Positions 41,745 to 58,690 of a stretch of 64,000 bases of DNA are shown piece by piece (positions within the stretch are counted from its first letter, which is position 1; each line of letters begins with the position of its first letter). Under the pieces are notes generated by a model. The model saw nothing but the letters and a program-made list of their open reading frames with translations. It did not search any database and had not been told where the DNA came from. The position numbers were made by a program, and so were the translations under genes. The stretch is from the human T2T-CHM13v2.0 reference genome, Homo sapiens, in assembly GCF_009914755.1 (NCBI RefSeq), contig NC_060944.1; one strand, 5' to 3'.

Positions 41745-42227
41745 TGTCTGCATGAGGAATGGCTGTTCTTATTTCTTCACCCCTTCATGTTTCCATTTAT
41801 TTTGCCAGGCACCTTTGCAATTGTTCCATTAAAGGTAGATGCAGGTCCCTGCCCTTTGAGTTGGAACTTAGCTGTGTGAATTGTTTTTGCACAAAGGAGT
41901 GTGGGCAGAAGCAACCATGTGCCAGTTTAAGCCTAAGGCTGTAAGGTGTCTTCGGTGTTTTTGCTTGCCCTCTTGTCCTTCTGCCTTCATCATGAAAAGG
42001 ACATGCCTTGGCTAGGCAGCTGGTCTGAGGAAGATGACAGACCTTGAAGACAATGGAGCAGACTGCTCCAGACCTTCAGCCTAGAGCTGCTCATTCATGC
42101 CCACCTAGGCCCAGCCAAGATCGGCAGAATCCCCAGCCCACAGGAACATGAGCAGAATAAATGCTTATTCTTATACTCTACTGAGATTTTTGGTTGGTTG
42201 TTAGGCAACAGTAGCTGACAGATGTAC
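41745..42227 (+). mobile_element. MLT1 (H/I-like) LTR
   Basis: TTAGCTGTGTGAATTGTTTT...CTTCTGCCTTCATCATGAAAAGGACATGCC...AATAAATGCTTATT...CTGAGATTTTTGGTTGGTTGTTAGGCA. Confidence 0.75.
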
Positions 42228-42252
42228 AAGGTGAGTGGCACAGAATTGCCAT

Positions 42253-42673
42253 TGCTACAGTTTGGATGTTTGTTCCTCCAAATCTCATGTTGAAATTCTA
42301 TCCCCAGTGTTGGAGGTAGGGCCTAGTAGGAGGTGTTTGAGCCATGGGGGGCACACCCCTCATGAATAGATTAATTTCCTCTTTGGGTGGTGGGTGGTAG
42401 TGAGTGAATTCTTGCTCTATTAGTTCCTGTGAGAGCTGGCTGTTTAAAAGAGCCTGACACTTCCTCTTTCTCTCTCTTGCTTCCTCTCTTGTCATGTGAT
42501 CTCTGCACATACCTGCTCCTCTTCACCTTCCATCATGAGTAGAAGCAGCCTGAGGCTTTCACAAGATGCCCAGTCTTTCAGCCAGCAGAATCATGAACCG
42601 AATAAACCTTTTTTCTTAACAAATTAACCAGTCTCAGATATTCCTTTGTAGCAATGCAAAATGGACTAAGACA
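42253..42673 (+). mobile_element. MST (MSTB/B1-like) solo LTR
   Basis: TGCTACAGTTTGGATGTTTG ... ATGGACTAAGACA with perfect 5-bp TSD GCCAT (42248-42252, 42674-42678). Confidence 0.93.
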
Positions 42674-43269
42674 GCCATGTTATTATTGACTAGGCTTGGG
42701 TCCCCAAACCTAAAGCAAGGAATGGTTGGTGAACTGGGTTGAACCGTGTAGAATATCCCTTTCCCTAAACTAGTTAAATTACATTGAAGTAGGTCATCAC
42801 TGCTGTCCTTATTGGCAATCGTTTTTTAGTCTCCACCCATCTTGTTTTATGCCCAAAACTAAGCCTTACATCTCTTTGCATGAGGGTTGCATGCAGGAAA
42901 GAGGCAGAAGAGACCAGTAGACTGGCAGACATGACAAGTTCTGACCAATTAAGCCCTGCCTAGCAGAGCACCTTGTTGCCCAAGACACACAAATGGAAGA
43001 GAGAGGAGGCAAGGCTAGTTGAGTGTTGCTCTGGGAGACTGTGCCTTGAGTCACTTGCTATTCCTGCTGCTTGGATAGAAGAGAGAAAAGAGAGGAAAAA
43101 ATACCCATATTAAAGTAAGGTAACTCCTCCATTAGAGGGTTAGACCCAATCAGTGTCTTGGTGTGCAGCCTATATATTGCAATATTATGGTCCCCTTCCC
43201 TGGAGGAGAAGCTAAGTCAGGGAGGAGAAGGAGGAAGTCTGGCATCTTCTACCTTTACTCTCCCTCCTC

Positions 43270-43495
43270 ATCAATCTCTTTCCTCATAACCTACTTTATG
43301 TATTTGTATAGTACTTGTCTTTACCTGGAGTCATACACTTACTAGTTTATTTGATTATATGCATCTCCCATTGCTAGAATATAAGTTCCATGAGGGCGAG
43401 AATCCAGTTGGTTTTGTTCATGGCTATATACCAGTTGCCTAAAATAGCTGGTACAGTGTAGGGGATTGATACATATTTGCTGAATGAATGCATGA
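43270..43495 (+). mobile_element. L2 3' terminus
   Basis: CTAGAATATAAGTTCCATGAGGGC...ATATTTGCTGAATGAATG. Confidence 0.75.
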
Positions 43496-44589
43496 ACTCC
43501 TGGAGTGGTCCATGCTGGAACATATCAGCTTGGTCACTGTTTGCTCATTGCATTCACGGTCTCCTAGCATTTCCATGCCCATGGTTGCAGGAACTAGGAG
43601 GCCCTTTCTTTGGCCTCCTGTACCTTGGGTGTTTGCTCCAGTCCTTGACACACATGCCTGTGGTCTGGAACCTGCTCTGCATCTGTACCCCTACACTCCA
43701 CCTTGTTAGGTGTCATCCCTGGACCACTCATATAGGTGATGTGGTTTGGACCCAGCTCCCTCCTGGCCCCACTCCACTTTTGGTTCTGCTGACTAGAAGG
43801 CTAATTCTGAGTGCAGCAACTCTGTTCCCAGTGAAGCTCCAGGACACGGTCCTCCAGAGAAGTGTCCCCCACCTACCTTGCTTGCCTGGTGGGGATATTG
43901 ACAACCTATTACCTTATAGCAGGACCACGGATAAACCAATTGCAGAGACACCTTAGTCTTTGTGACATTTTTTCTTTCAGTTTGGCCTCCTAAAAGTCTT
44001 ACCAACTTATTTTTATTGTTTTAGCTGATTCTGTTCCTCTTTGCTCCTGCAGTGATTCACCCAAATGCAGCAACTTTTATGCCAATGGACTCTACTAATA
44101 CCGTTTGCAAAGATGCCTCCGTGAAATGCTCGGGAACACTTTCTCTCACTGCTCTGGGAAGGGTTTCTTGGCCCCAGGGTGCAAAACACAACCGAGAAAT
44201 TTTCAGGTGAAGTGTTGGCTGAATTCTATGGCTGCTGCTTGTGGTCGATCAACATTCCTCACTCACAGCTGTTGAGCGAGGCTGGGGATGCATTCTTTGC
44301 TGTTTGGCTGCTCCAAGTTCACATACATTTTTGACATAAACCTAGTAATTGCTGACTTTAACTTACTATTCTCAGCCTCTGGCTTCTTTCTGATTTATGG
44401 CTGGAGCCTTGGGGTCCTTCGTCAGAGGCTCCTTATACTTGCCCATTAGCACTTCTCTTTATATTTGGCAAGGGTCACTGGTACATTCCTCTACAGGCAT
44501 TTATCAGAAGCTCATGAACATTACAGACAACTCTCTTTCTAGCTCATAGTCTGAAGCTCAACAGATATTTGTGGGGAGAATCACAATAA

Positions 44590-44790
44590 TTATAATTGCT
44601 ACTAATTTTTGAGCTCTTGGTGTGTGGCAGGTACTATGTTATTCATTCTTTATAGCAATCTATTAAAAGAGGCACTGTCCTTATACCCATTTTACTGATG
44701 AGGAAACTGAGGAAGGGAGAGGTTCAATAACTTGTTCCCATATCAGACAACTGGTGAGAGGTGGAGCCAGGATTTGAATCTAGATCAAAA
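44590..44790 (-). mobile_element. MIR SINE
   Basis: CCCATTTTACTGATGAGGAAACTGAGG...GAGCCAGGATTTGAATCTAG. Confidence 0.8.
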
Positions 44791-45059
44791 CCACTGCTTA
44801 TAGCCAATATGATTTTGGAAGGTAGGAAGGCAGCAAGGATGGTAGGAGGAGCAAGGAGCAGCTATCATGTGCTTGGTCTGTGAACTGAGTGAAGTCATAA
44901 CCACAGAGTGTGAGCCTTGAGCCCTTGAAAGGAGAATCTTGGCATGAAGATCTCATCCCAGGAGGCTCTCCGCAACAGACTGGGTTCTGAAATCCACCTC
45001 CCATTACCGCTCGCATTGGTCTGACTCTGGATCTCTACAGCTTTTTGCCTCTCCATGAA

Positions 45060-45897
45060 GGTGGGAGGGTGAATTTCTTCTGTTTGCTCCTCTGGATCCA
45101 CTCTCTACCCTTTTGCACCCAGCTCTGTGCCAGGGAGGCTGACTGTATGGAGCACTCATGGGCTCCCTTCCTTCTGGTTTCCAGATGGGTTCAGCTGGTT
45201 GGCACCAGAAGCAGATCTAAGAGAAGGGGAGGAGTGATGTAGGGATCCTTGCTCCCCTGCCTGCCTCCCTGTGTCTCCACAGGATCTAGGCTCCAGGTAG
45301 CTGGCCCTCTCTGCATGGCACTCCCTCTCCAGTTTCCAGTAACTTCCTCCCCTTGCTCCTTATAGGCTAGAGATATGGTTTGGCTGTGTTCCCACCCAAA
45401 TCTCATCTTGGGTTGTAATAATCCCCATGTGTCAAGGGTGGGTCTGGGTGGAGATAATTGAATCATGGGGGCAGTTTCCCCCATACTGTTCTCATGGTAG
45501 TGAATAAGTCTCATAAGATCTGATGGTTTTATAAATGGGAGTTCCCCTGCGTAAGCTCTGTTGCCTGTCGCCATGTAAGGTGTGTGTTTGCTTCTCCTTT
45601 GCCTTCTGCCATGATTGTGAGGCCTCCCCAGCCATGTGGAATTGTGAGTCAATTAAAGCTCTTTTCTTTATAAATTACCCAGTCTCAGGTATGTCTTTAT
45701 TAGCAGTGTGAGAACAGACTAATACAGCTAGGGTGGGTAAGAGCATTCCCTGTTACTGTTCCTGAAGTTCTGCATTATTCTTTGTGGTTTTCCTACATTC
45801 TGCCTATACCTTGGTAAATGGTTTTTTTTAGTAAAGTTCCCTTAAATTATCCAATCTGAAGGTAACACCTTGTTATTATCAGCACCCTTACTGATAT
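45060..45897 (+). mobile_element. LTR33-like (ERVL) LTR hosting a THE1 insertion
   Basis: GCTCTGTGCCAGGGAGGCTGACTGTATGGA...TTCCTCCCCTTGCTCCTT then, after the THE1, TAGGGTGGGTAAG...CTGCCTATACCTTGGTAAAT. Confidence 0.62.
45371..45726 (+). mobile_element. THE1 (THE1C-like) MaLR solo LTR
   Basis: GATATGGTTTGGCTGTGTTCCCACCCAAATCTCATC ... GAACAGACTAATACA; perfect 5-bp TSD GCTAG (45366-45370, 45727-45731). Confidence 0.95.
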
Positions 45898-46019
45898 CCC
45901 TGAACTTTAGTTTGAGCCATTTCCAACCTTCAGATGAACAACCTTTACCTGCACCCTTGACTACTCCCACCCCAACTATTCCGTATTGGTGCTCTTTCCT
46001 AGCTCTCGCAGAACCATTG

Positions 46020-46325
46020 TACTGTGGAAATAACACAGGTTTCTGGATTAGTGCTGGGTTCAAAGCCTGCTTCTGACACGTACTCTATGAGTTTGGGCAA
46101 GTTACTTGATTTTCCCATGCCTCAGATTTCTCATCTGTGAAATGGAGGATAGTATCACTTCACAAGTTTATCATGAAAATCAAATGGCATAATGGATATA
46201 AACTTTTATTAGTTTGGTGCAAAAGTTATTGCAGCTTTTGCCATTAAAAGTAATGCCATTAAAAGCAATTACTTTTGTACCAACATAATAGCTTAGTGTC
46301 TGGCAGATAAACATCGGTTTAAACA
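46020..46325 (+). mobile_element. MIR SINE interrupted by MADE1
   Basis: TTTGGGCAAGTTACTTGA...GCCTCAGATTTCTCATCTGTGAAATGG; resumes after 46290 (GTGTCTGGCAGATA). Confidence 0.75.
46209..46288. mobile_element. MADE1 (Hsmar1-derived 80-bp mariner MITE)
   Basis: TTAGTTTGGTGCAAAAGTTATTGC ... GCAATTACTTTTGTACCAACATAA inverted termini, 80 bp, TA on both sides. Confidence 0.93.
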
Positions 46326-46760
46326 TCCCTCATTTTGCCCGTGCTCTCTTGATCTGTAATTCTCCAGACCACTTATCCATTTTGCTAAGCAGTTCCCCCT
46401 GGGTCCTGCCCCAAGATATGGCCAAGGGAACATGGCAGAGAGGAAGGAAGCAACTCTTGGCTCCCCATGAAAGGAGGAATGGGAGGAACTTGGAGGACAG
46501 CAAAAATGACAGTCCAAGGGTTTGAAATAATGACACAGGAGAAGGGTAAATAATTGCAAAATGGAAGTGTAAAAGGGGTGATTTAATACTCCTCTTCACA
46601 TACAGCTCCAGTGTGCCAGTTGGAAATGCTAAAAAGGAGTGTTTCTGATATCCTAGCTAGAGCAAGTTCCAATATACTAGTAATATACAAGTCCAATGGC
46701 CAGATGTCCATGGCTCCTACAGAAATGGATAAAGAAAGCCCCCCTTACCTTAATCTTGTG

Positions 46761-47056
<296 letters not shown>

Positions 47057-47131
47057 CCTCTTGCTTTTCACTGTATCCTAACAAAGCTCTGTCTCCCCAG
47101 TGGGAAGATATCTCTTCCCCACTTGGAGTTA

Positions 47132-47560
<429 letters not shown>

Positions 47561-47641
47561 TCACTGTAGCAGAACAGGTGCCCTTTTTCATTTCAGGGGA
47601 AATCTGAACAGTTCCTGTCTTGTATTTCTTAAAACAGCTGA

Positions 47642-48043
<402 letters not shown>

Positions 48044-48694
48044 TGAATTGTCACTTTTGAGGATGCTCTTTTACCCTTGCCACCTTGTCCCTACTCAGCT
48101 GTGCACTAAGAGTGAATGTCTGGGTAGGGGTGGGGATGGAGTCCAGAGTACAGTTATCCTGAGTCACAGGAACTCCTATTTTATTTTATGCCTTTCCTTT
48201 TGCCCTTCTAGCTTCCATATGAACCTATTGTCCTTCAAAAGAGCTTTGATTTTGAGACTTAGACTTTCTGCTTGATCTGAGGACAGATTGGATTTTGGGA
48301 GTTAGTAGTAGAGATAATGAAGACAAAGACCACCTGGGAAGACTAAGATAAATTTTGATCGGTAATTGTATTATTCATCACCTATGTTCTTAATTTGCAA
48401 ATAAAAAAATGGTCCTATTCATACCTGAGCATTCATAGTTTTCATGAGTGAGGCATATTATGACTTCATGGGTCTGATGTGTTCTTTTTGCAAGCAGGGG
48501 TAAATGGAGACATTTCAAGCTTGCCTGCTGCATATTAGGTGTGCCTCAGAAAGAGTTCCTCTGGTCAGAAACCTTTCACAGTCTCTCAGCTTCATGTTCT
48601 AATTGTTTTAGAATTAAGCTTTTAAAGCTCAAACATATAATTATTACATTCCATTTCAATCATAATGACTAAACCTGCTGATGTGATTCTTGGC

Positions 48695-48873
48695 CATCAG
48701 GTCTACCTGTTGATGGCCTGTTAGAATCACCTGTGCAGCTTTGAAGAAATACAGATGCCAGGGCCTCACTTCCTGGGGGCTTTGATCCATTCAATCTATG
48801 GCAGGGCCTGGGAATCAGAATATTTATAAAGTACCACAGGGGATGCTGATACGTAGCCAGGATTGAGAATCAT
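48695..48873. mobile_element. MER5A-like hAT-Charlie MITE
   Basis: TTAGAATCACCTGTGCAGCTTTGAAGAAATACAGATGCCAGGGCC...GCCAGGATTGAGAATCA. Confidence 0.75.
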
Positions 48874-48955
48874 GGAGCTGGACCACGCAGGGGTGAGGTG
48901 GGTGAGTTGCTATTGTCCTACACTTTTATTGCTATTCCCAATGAGATCATTTTTA

Positions 48956-52505
<3,550 letters not shown>

Positions 52506-54014
52506 AAATTCAGGACCATTTTTATTTAACAAGACAATAAAGAAACCATGCTCAAGCTAGCATTTAGCCAGAGGCAGAGAGTACCCAGCACATTTAGTGC
52601 TGGCTGTTTAGAATACAGAGGACAATAGACAACTGATTGAGGTAGTTTCTCGTGTCAAATCAGTGTAATCTTGAGCAAGTTCCTTCCCTTCCCTGGGCCT
52701 CTGCTTCCTGATCTTCAAAGCAGGAGAGTTGGATGAAACACTTTCTGTGTGTCTTGCAGTGTTGACACTTGTCATTGCTGTGACTTTACTGTGAAGACAT
52801 CTCATTGTTTAGTGGAGGAAGCCAAGTGCCCTCCTGCCACCCCATGGGGAAACACAGCCACCAGAAAGAGGAGGGAGAGGTGGTGTCTGGGGAGATGGAG
52901 GAGTCTGACTGCAGAGTTAGCCCTGGGGTGACTATAGGATTAACACGAGGCTCTCCAGTAAGGGCTCATTACCCCTTGATGAAACTCAAATGTCATCATG
53001 GGCACTCTGTTCTTACAGGATGGTAGCTCTTGGAATCTCAGAAGTTGGTAGAGTGGATATCTGGCTTTGGAAGAAGAAGGTCCTTTCTCCTTAGGGGAGA
53101 CAGCCATGCACATGATCCGTAGAACACGGAGGGTCCAGAGATCTGAGAACTAAAGTTTATGCTTTGCAAACTGTAACAGTGTGATAAATATGAATTATTA
53201 TCAACATGATTCTTGCTATTATTAAATCCTCACACTGCAATGTTAACTGGTTCATGTTTCAGCCCCAGCTCAGCCACTAGTTGGCTGTGTGATCTCAGAC
53301 AAGCCAAGCTCCATCTCTGAGATATAGCTGCTTCATTTGCAAAGTAAGAAGGTAGACGTGCATGATCAGCTGAAGATGCTTCCTGCCTCAATCCAGTAAG
53401 TGTGATCAAGATGTTGAAATTAGTGGTTGAACAATCAGTAATCAGAAGCTCACCTTTCAAAAAGAAAAAGGCCAGCTGGAAAATGACATAATTAAAAGAG
53501 GAAAAGAAAAGTCTTTCTCAAGAGGCTGCTCTTTCACAAACAGTCAGCATGTCTGTGATATTCCGTGTAGCATATTCCGATGACAGGGAAACACAGTGGA
53601 TGTGCTGAAAGATGAGCAGCAAGTGGTAAGTGGAGGTGTTTGAAATAGAAAAGTCTATTTTAAAAGACGACTAATAAAGCTGGAGGAGGCGGCCCACACT
53701 GAAGCAGTCTGAGCCAACATCCTGTTGCCAAGACTCCAGTCCCCGCTGCTGTGCCCGGGGCCCTGGGACTGTCCTTGGCACAGCATGTGAGCCAGTAGGA
53801 AGGAGCAGAGGCTAGAAGCAGGGGCTGGGTTTCTGTCTGAGGAAAGGGGCCCATGGAGAGGGGCCCCAGGGAAGGGGCTGCCTGTGGCTTTGGCAGAGGA
53901 GACCCCTGCCCTTCCTGTGACCCCAGCCAGCTCCAGGCATGGTAGGGGGATGGGTACATTTCTCTAGGCGCATGCAGGAGCTGCACCGGTGCTGGGAAGA
54001 AGCAACAACACAAC

Positions 54015-54220
54015 AGTTAAGAGCGGAGACCTAGAGCCAGACCGAGTTTGAATCCCGGCTTGTATCACTTAATAGCTGTGAGACTGTAAACAAGTTACTT
54101 AACCTCTCTGTCTGTCATCTTTTCTTGTCTATAAAACTTAATAATATTAGCTAATCATAGGGTTGCAGCAAGGATGTAAGTTAATTTTGTAAAGGATTTG
54201 GGACAGGGCAAACAGTACAC
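54015..54220 (+). mobile_element. MIR SINE
   Basis: GTTAAGAGC...TAGAGCCAGAC...GTTTGAATCCCGGCT...CAAGTTACTTAACCTCTCTG. Confidence 0.85.
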
Positions 54221-54232
54221 TAGAGATTGTGT

Positions 54233-54378
54233 GTATTTTATATACATATAAAATATCTTATGTTTATTATATATAATATAGCTATTATATATTACATATG
54301 TAATACATATATAATATAGACATTATATATATGTATTATATATATAATAGAGGGATATATATGTATACATAGATACAT
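54233..54378. repeat. Degenerate (TA)n tract
   Basis: Seen directly. Confidence 0.9.
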
Positions 54379-54589
54379 AAAATGTGGTCTATGAGTTGGG
54401 CCCACCCGTTTCTTGGGCAGAGGTCCAAGGCTAATCAGTGCCCTTGGTCTTCAAGTAAATAATGAAGCTCTGAAAGCTAATCTATGCTAACACCCTCAAG
54501 GTCCCGGTAACCCCTCTCTGGTCTCCTCTGAGCATTAGGCCAGATCTGCAGGAGGAGATGCTCAGGCAGCCCCAAGCCACAGCTTAGGA

Positions 54590-54760
54590 CTGACCAGACT
54601 TCTCCCTGAGCTCCAGGCCCATATACCCAACTGCCCAGTGAATGTTTCTACTGGGATATCCACAGACATCTCTACTCATCATGCTCCCAAACCTACTCAT
54701 GACCCAATTCCTTCCAGTGCAGACCTTTCCTTGTTTCCAGTCTCAGTGAATGACAATACC
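54590..54760 (+). mobile_element. L2 fragment (host of the LTR5_Hs)
   Basis: CAGACTTCTCCCTGAGCTCCAGGCCCATATACCCAACTGCC...TCTCAGTGAATGACAATACC, continuing ATCC after the right TSD. Confidence 0.7.
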
Positions 54761-55728
54761 TGTGGGGAAAAGCAAGAGAGATCAGATTGTTACTGTGTCT
54801 GTGTAGAAAGAAGTAGACACAGGAGACTCCATTTTGTTATGTACTAAGAAAAATTCTTCTGCCTTGAGATTCTGTTAATCTATAACCTTACCCCCAACCC
54901 TGTGCTCTCTGAAACATGTGCTCTGTCAACTCAGAGTTAAATGGATTAAGGGCGGTGCAAGATGTGCTTTGTTAAACAGATGCTTGAAGGCAGCATGCTC
55001 CTTAAAAGTCATCACCACTCCCTAATCTCAAGTACCCAGGGACACAAAAACTGCGGAAGGCCACAGGGACCTCTGCCTAGGAAAGCCAGGTATTGTCCAA
55101 GGTTTCTCCCCATGTGATAGTCTGAAATATGGCCTCGTGGGAAGGGAAAGACCTGACCGTCCCCCAGCCCGACACCCGTAAAGGGTCTGTGCTGAGGAGG
55201 ATTAGTAAAAGAGGAAGGAATGCCTCTTGCAGTTGAGACAAGAGGAAGGCATCTGTCTCCTGCCTGTCCCTGGGCAATGGAATGTCTCGGTATAAAACCC
55301 GATTGTATGCTCCATCTACTGAGATAGGGAAAAACCGCCTTAGGGCTGGAGGTGGGACCTGCGGGCAGCAATACTGCTTTGTAAAGCATTGAGATGTTTA
55401 TGTGTATGCATATCTAAAAGCACAGCACTTAATCCTTTACATTGTCTATGATGCAAAGACCTTTGTTCACGTGTTTGTCTGCTGACCCTCTCCCCACAAT
55501 TGTCTTGTGACCCTGACACATCCCCCTCTTTGAGAAACACCCACAGATGATCAATAAATACTAAGGGAACTCAGAGGCTGGCGGGATCCTCCATATGCTG
55601 AACGCTGGTTCCCCGGTTCCCCTTATTTCTTTCTCTATACTTTGTCTCTGTGTCTTTTTCTTTTCCAAATCTCTCGTCCCACCTTACGAGAAACACCCAG
55701 AGGTGTGTAGGGGCAACCCACCCCTACA
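54761..55728 (+). mobile_element. HERV-K(HML-2) solo LTR, LTR5_Hs
   Basis: TGTGGGGAAAAGCAAGAGAGATCAGATTG ... GGGGCAACCCACCCCTACA, 968 bp, perfect 6-bp TSD AATACC (54755-54760, 55729-55734). Confidence 0.98.
55291..55558 (+). promoter_or_regulatory. LTR5_Hs signals: TATA-like box, SOX-like and octamer-like motifs, poly(A) signal
   Basis: TATAAAA 55291-55297; CATTGTC 55440-55446; ATGCAAAG 55451-55458; AATAAA 55553-55558. Confidence 0.75.
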
Positions 55729-57143
55729 AATACCATCCTTCTAAGAGAGTATTGTAAAACTTTATTTACAAGATGGTGTTGCAATCCTTTAGCCCTCCCT
55801 CTCCCTGACCCAATATCTCATTTCTGGACAAGTTGTATCCATCCTTACTGTGTTCATCTCTGTATCTCCAGTAGTCTGGGATGTCATTGATTCTCGCCAG
55901 TGTTTGCTAGAAAGTTGAATGTATGAATGAATGAATAAATGAAGATGGTGCCTACACATCATCATAATAACAATCAAGGATTTATCGAGTACATACTGTC
56001 TTCCAGGCACCATTCTAAATGCTTGGTATATGTGCATTCCACACATATAAGAGCTTGACATATCCAAGCCTCATTGTGACGATCCCTGCATATATGTTGA
56101 AAGAACACAAAGCATGCATGAGGAAGTCAGGTCTTGGTGGGTCCTGGGTAGAGCTTCTGGGTAGAACTTTCATAATCCCTCAAAGCCAATGGTGTTTCCT
56201 TACTTTACAAAGCCTTCTCAGAGCCAGGTTCTACTGAGCTGTGTCTGGCCCAGTACAGTGCAGTTTCTGGACCGTTTTTCTCCCCTGCCGGGAAGATGCA
56301 GAAGCTGCCGCTTCACCGAGTCCTCTAATAGCAAGGCCTTATTTTCTCTGCCACCCTGGGGCCCTTGCTCACCATGAGCTTACTTCTGTGCAGCTCCACA
56401 CAACACACCGTAAAAGGAAAATGGTAATTAGAAGTAACGCTTGAGCAGGGGAACTTGCGTGGAAAAATGCTTCAGTTAAAAGAAGCAGTAAAGATTCCTT
56501 TAAAGTGTTAGACACACACACACCCATCTAGCTGTTCTCCTTTTGAAAGGAGGAGATGAGAGGACACACAAGGTGTATTGTGCATCTGTAGGCACCGCCT
56601 CCTTAGGGCTTGAGGTCGGGCCAGTCCTCTAGGGATCCTGCTGAAGTGGCCAATGGGATTGAGTTTACATCTCAGTAGCCCAGGACCAAAAGTCTAGCCC
56701 AACCAGATGGAATGTAGCAGGACTACATCCATAGCAGGGTCTCTGTGTGTATCCAAAACAGCTGCACAGGGACAGGATTGTGGAGACAGAGGATGGCAGC
56801 CCCTACAAGGACATCCCAGCTCCTGCTTCCTTTTTTCATAGCATTTATTGTCACCCAAAGCTATGTTTTTGCATGTTTGTTTATTACCTTATCCTCAACC
56901 AGATTGGGAAGCCCATGGAGGTAAGGATTTTATCAGTCAAGTTCACCTCTGTATGCATGCCATGCACAGAGCAGGGCACATACATAATTGGCGTTTTAGA
57001 ATATTTCATGAGGGAAGATTCTTTGATTGCAAACTGCAGAATCCTGATGTCCCAAATGTTGCCTGGTGCATCATAAGCTTCTAGAACACAAGCTTTAAGA
57101 GAGCAGGGTCTTTGCATGTAGCATTCCAGTAGCTGTTCTGGAG

Positions 57144-57360
57144 TGAGGGTTAGCACGCTTTTCCTATAAAGGGATAGAGAGAAAAGATTTTCAGCTTTGT
57201 GGGCCAGGTGGTCTCAGCCACAACTACTCAATTCTGCTGCTGTAGTGTGAAAACTGACAGACAATATAGAAACCAACAAGTGGGCATGGTAATGTCTCAA
57301 TAAAACTTTATTTACAAAAACAGGCAGCAGGCCAGATTTGAAGTAGTCTTCCAACTTCTG
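57144..57360 (+). mobile_element. MER58A hAT-Charlie MITE
   Basis: GCTTTGTGGGCCAGGTGGTCTCAGCCACAACTACTCAATTCTGC...CAATAAAACTTTATTTACAAAAACAGGCAGC. Confidence 0.85.
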
Positions 57361-57361
57361 C

Positions 57362-57483
57362 TCTAGAATATAAACTCCATAAAATAAGGGATTTTAAAAA
57401 AATGTAGATCCATAACCAGCACTTGCAACAGTGCCTAGCACACAATAAGTATGCAATAAAACATATGTTGAATGAATGAGTGA
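57362..57483 (+). mobile_element. L2 3' terminus
   Basis: CTAGAATATAAACTCCAT...ACAGTGCCTAGCACACAATAAG...GTTGAATGAATGAGTGA. Confidence 0.75.
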
Positions 57484-58243
57484 GGGGCTAAAAGTGGTTT
57501 TAGTCAACAGCTTGCTGTGGGTCAGGGTCATTATGTGTGTAGTTATATTGGCCTACTGAGCTAAAGACACTCTGGAAGCAGATACTGGAAGCCTCCTGTG
57601 TTCTGGGCTAGTTGGATGACACCTGGAATATCATTCCCAAAGCTAAGGGTCTAGAGTGCATGTAGAGGACAGGGCCTGAGATGGGGCAGAGACAGGTGAC
57701 CTTGTGACATGGAGAATGGTGGAAGGAAATGGACAGACTGAGCCTAGAGAAGAGAAGAGTCAGGGAAGAGACAGTTTATATATTTCAGGACTTTCATGTG
57801 GTAGAACAATGAGATCTTTCTAAGAAATAAGAGGGCTATTTTTAGAACTTTCTGTAAGTTAGGTAGACCTTGGTGAGAGTGAGCTCTCACTCTACTGGGA
57901 GCGTTCAAACAGCCATGGGGATGCTGTGGAAGGGATTCACATATTGGAAGGGGGCAGGATTAGATACTGTTGGGTCCCTTTTGACCCCAAGAGCCATTCT
58001 CACATGCAGCACTGCAGCACAACAGTCTGCAACACTGTTTCCCAAGCAACAGATGGTGACTGCCCTCCAGACAAAACCAGAATCCCCTGCCTTGTATAGG
58101 AGGCCCCTTAGGGTTGTCCCTAGCCTTCTGCTTCAATCGCCCTGTTCCCATCTCCTGTTATCTGTACCACCTTCAACGAACACATTTTGGCATTTCTCAT
58201 TCCCCTCTTGTTTCTCCTCTCCTGGCCTTTACACATACGATGT

Positions 58244-58690
58244 TGTATTAGTTTAGGTTTCTCCAAAAGGAGAACTGAGGCAAAGATCCAAGTGGGTGTA
58301 GTTTAAGAGTTGATCCTAGGAAGCATGGAGAGGGAGCAGGAAACTGGGAAGGAAAGGCAGCTAGTAAAAGTTACATTAGCAAACCCACCTTTGCTAATGC
58401 TGTGCTGACTGGAGCTTAACCCACTGGGGAGTGTCTGGGAGCCAGTGTATATCACATCACAGAGTCATCCTCCCCTGAAGAGTGAGAGAACTGGGGTATT
58501 TATACATCAACTCCCATCAGTCGTTAGTTGAGGAGGTGTGGGGAGGAGGGTTGAATGTTAATTTTCTAGCACCTCCAGGTCTGCCACTTACATGGGCAAA
58601 AGTGAGCTTTGGAAACAGGAGAAAGCCCTGAGGCAAAGAACTGCAGGTGTGGCAGTTGGAGGTGCAGCACTGATGTGATTGAGGGTGAGG
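58244..58690 (-). mobile_element. LTR16-like (ERVL) LTR
   Basis: TGTATTAGTTTAGGTTTCTCCAAAAG...CTGAGGCAAAGAT...CTGGGGTATTTATACATCAACTCCCATCAGTC, reverse-complement-similar to the LTR at 13345. Confidence 0.65.
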
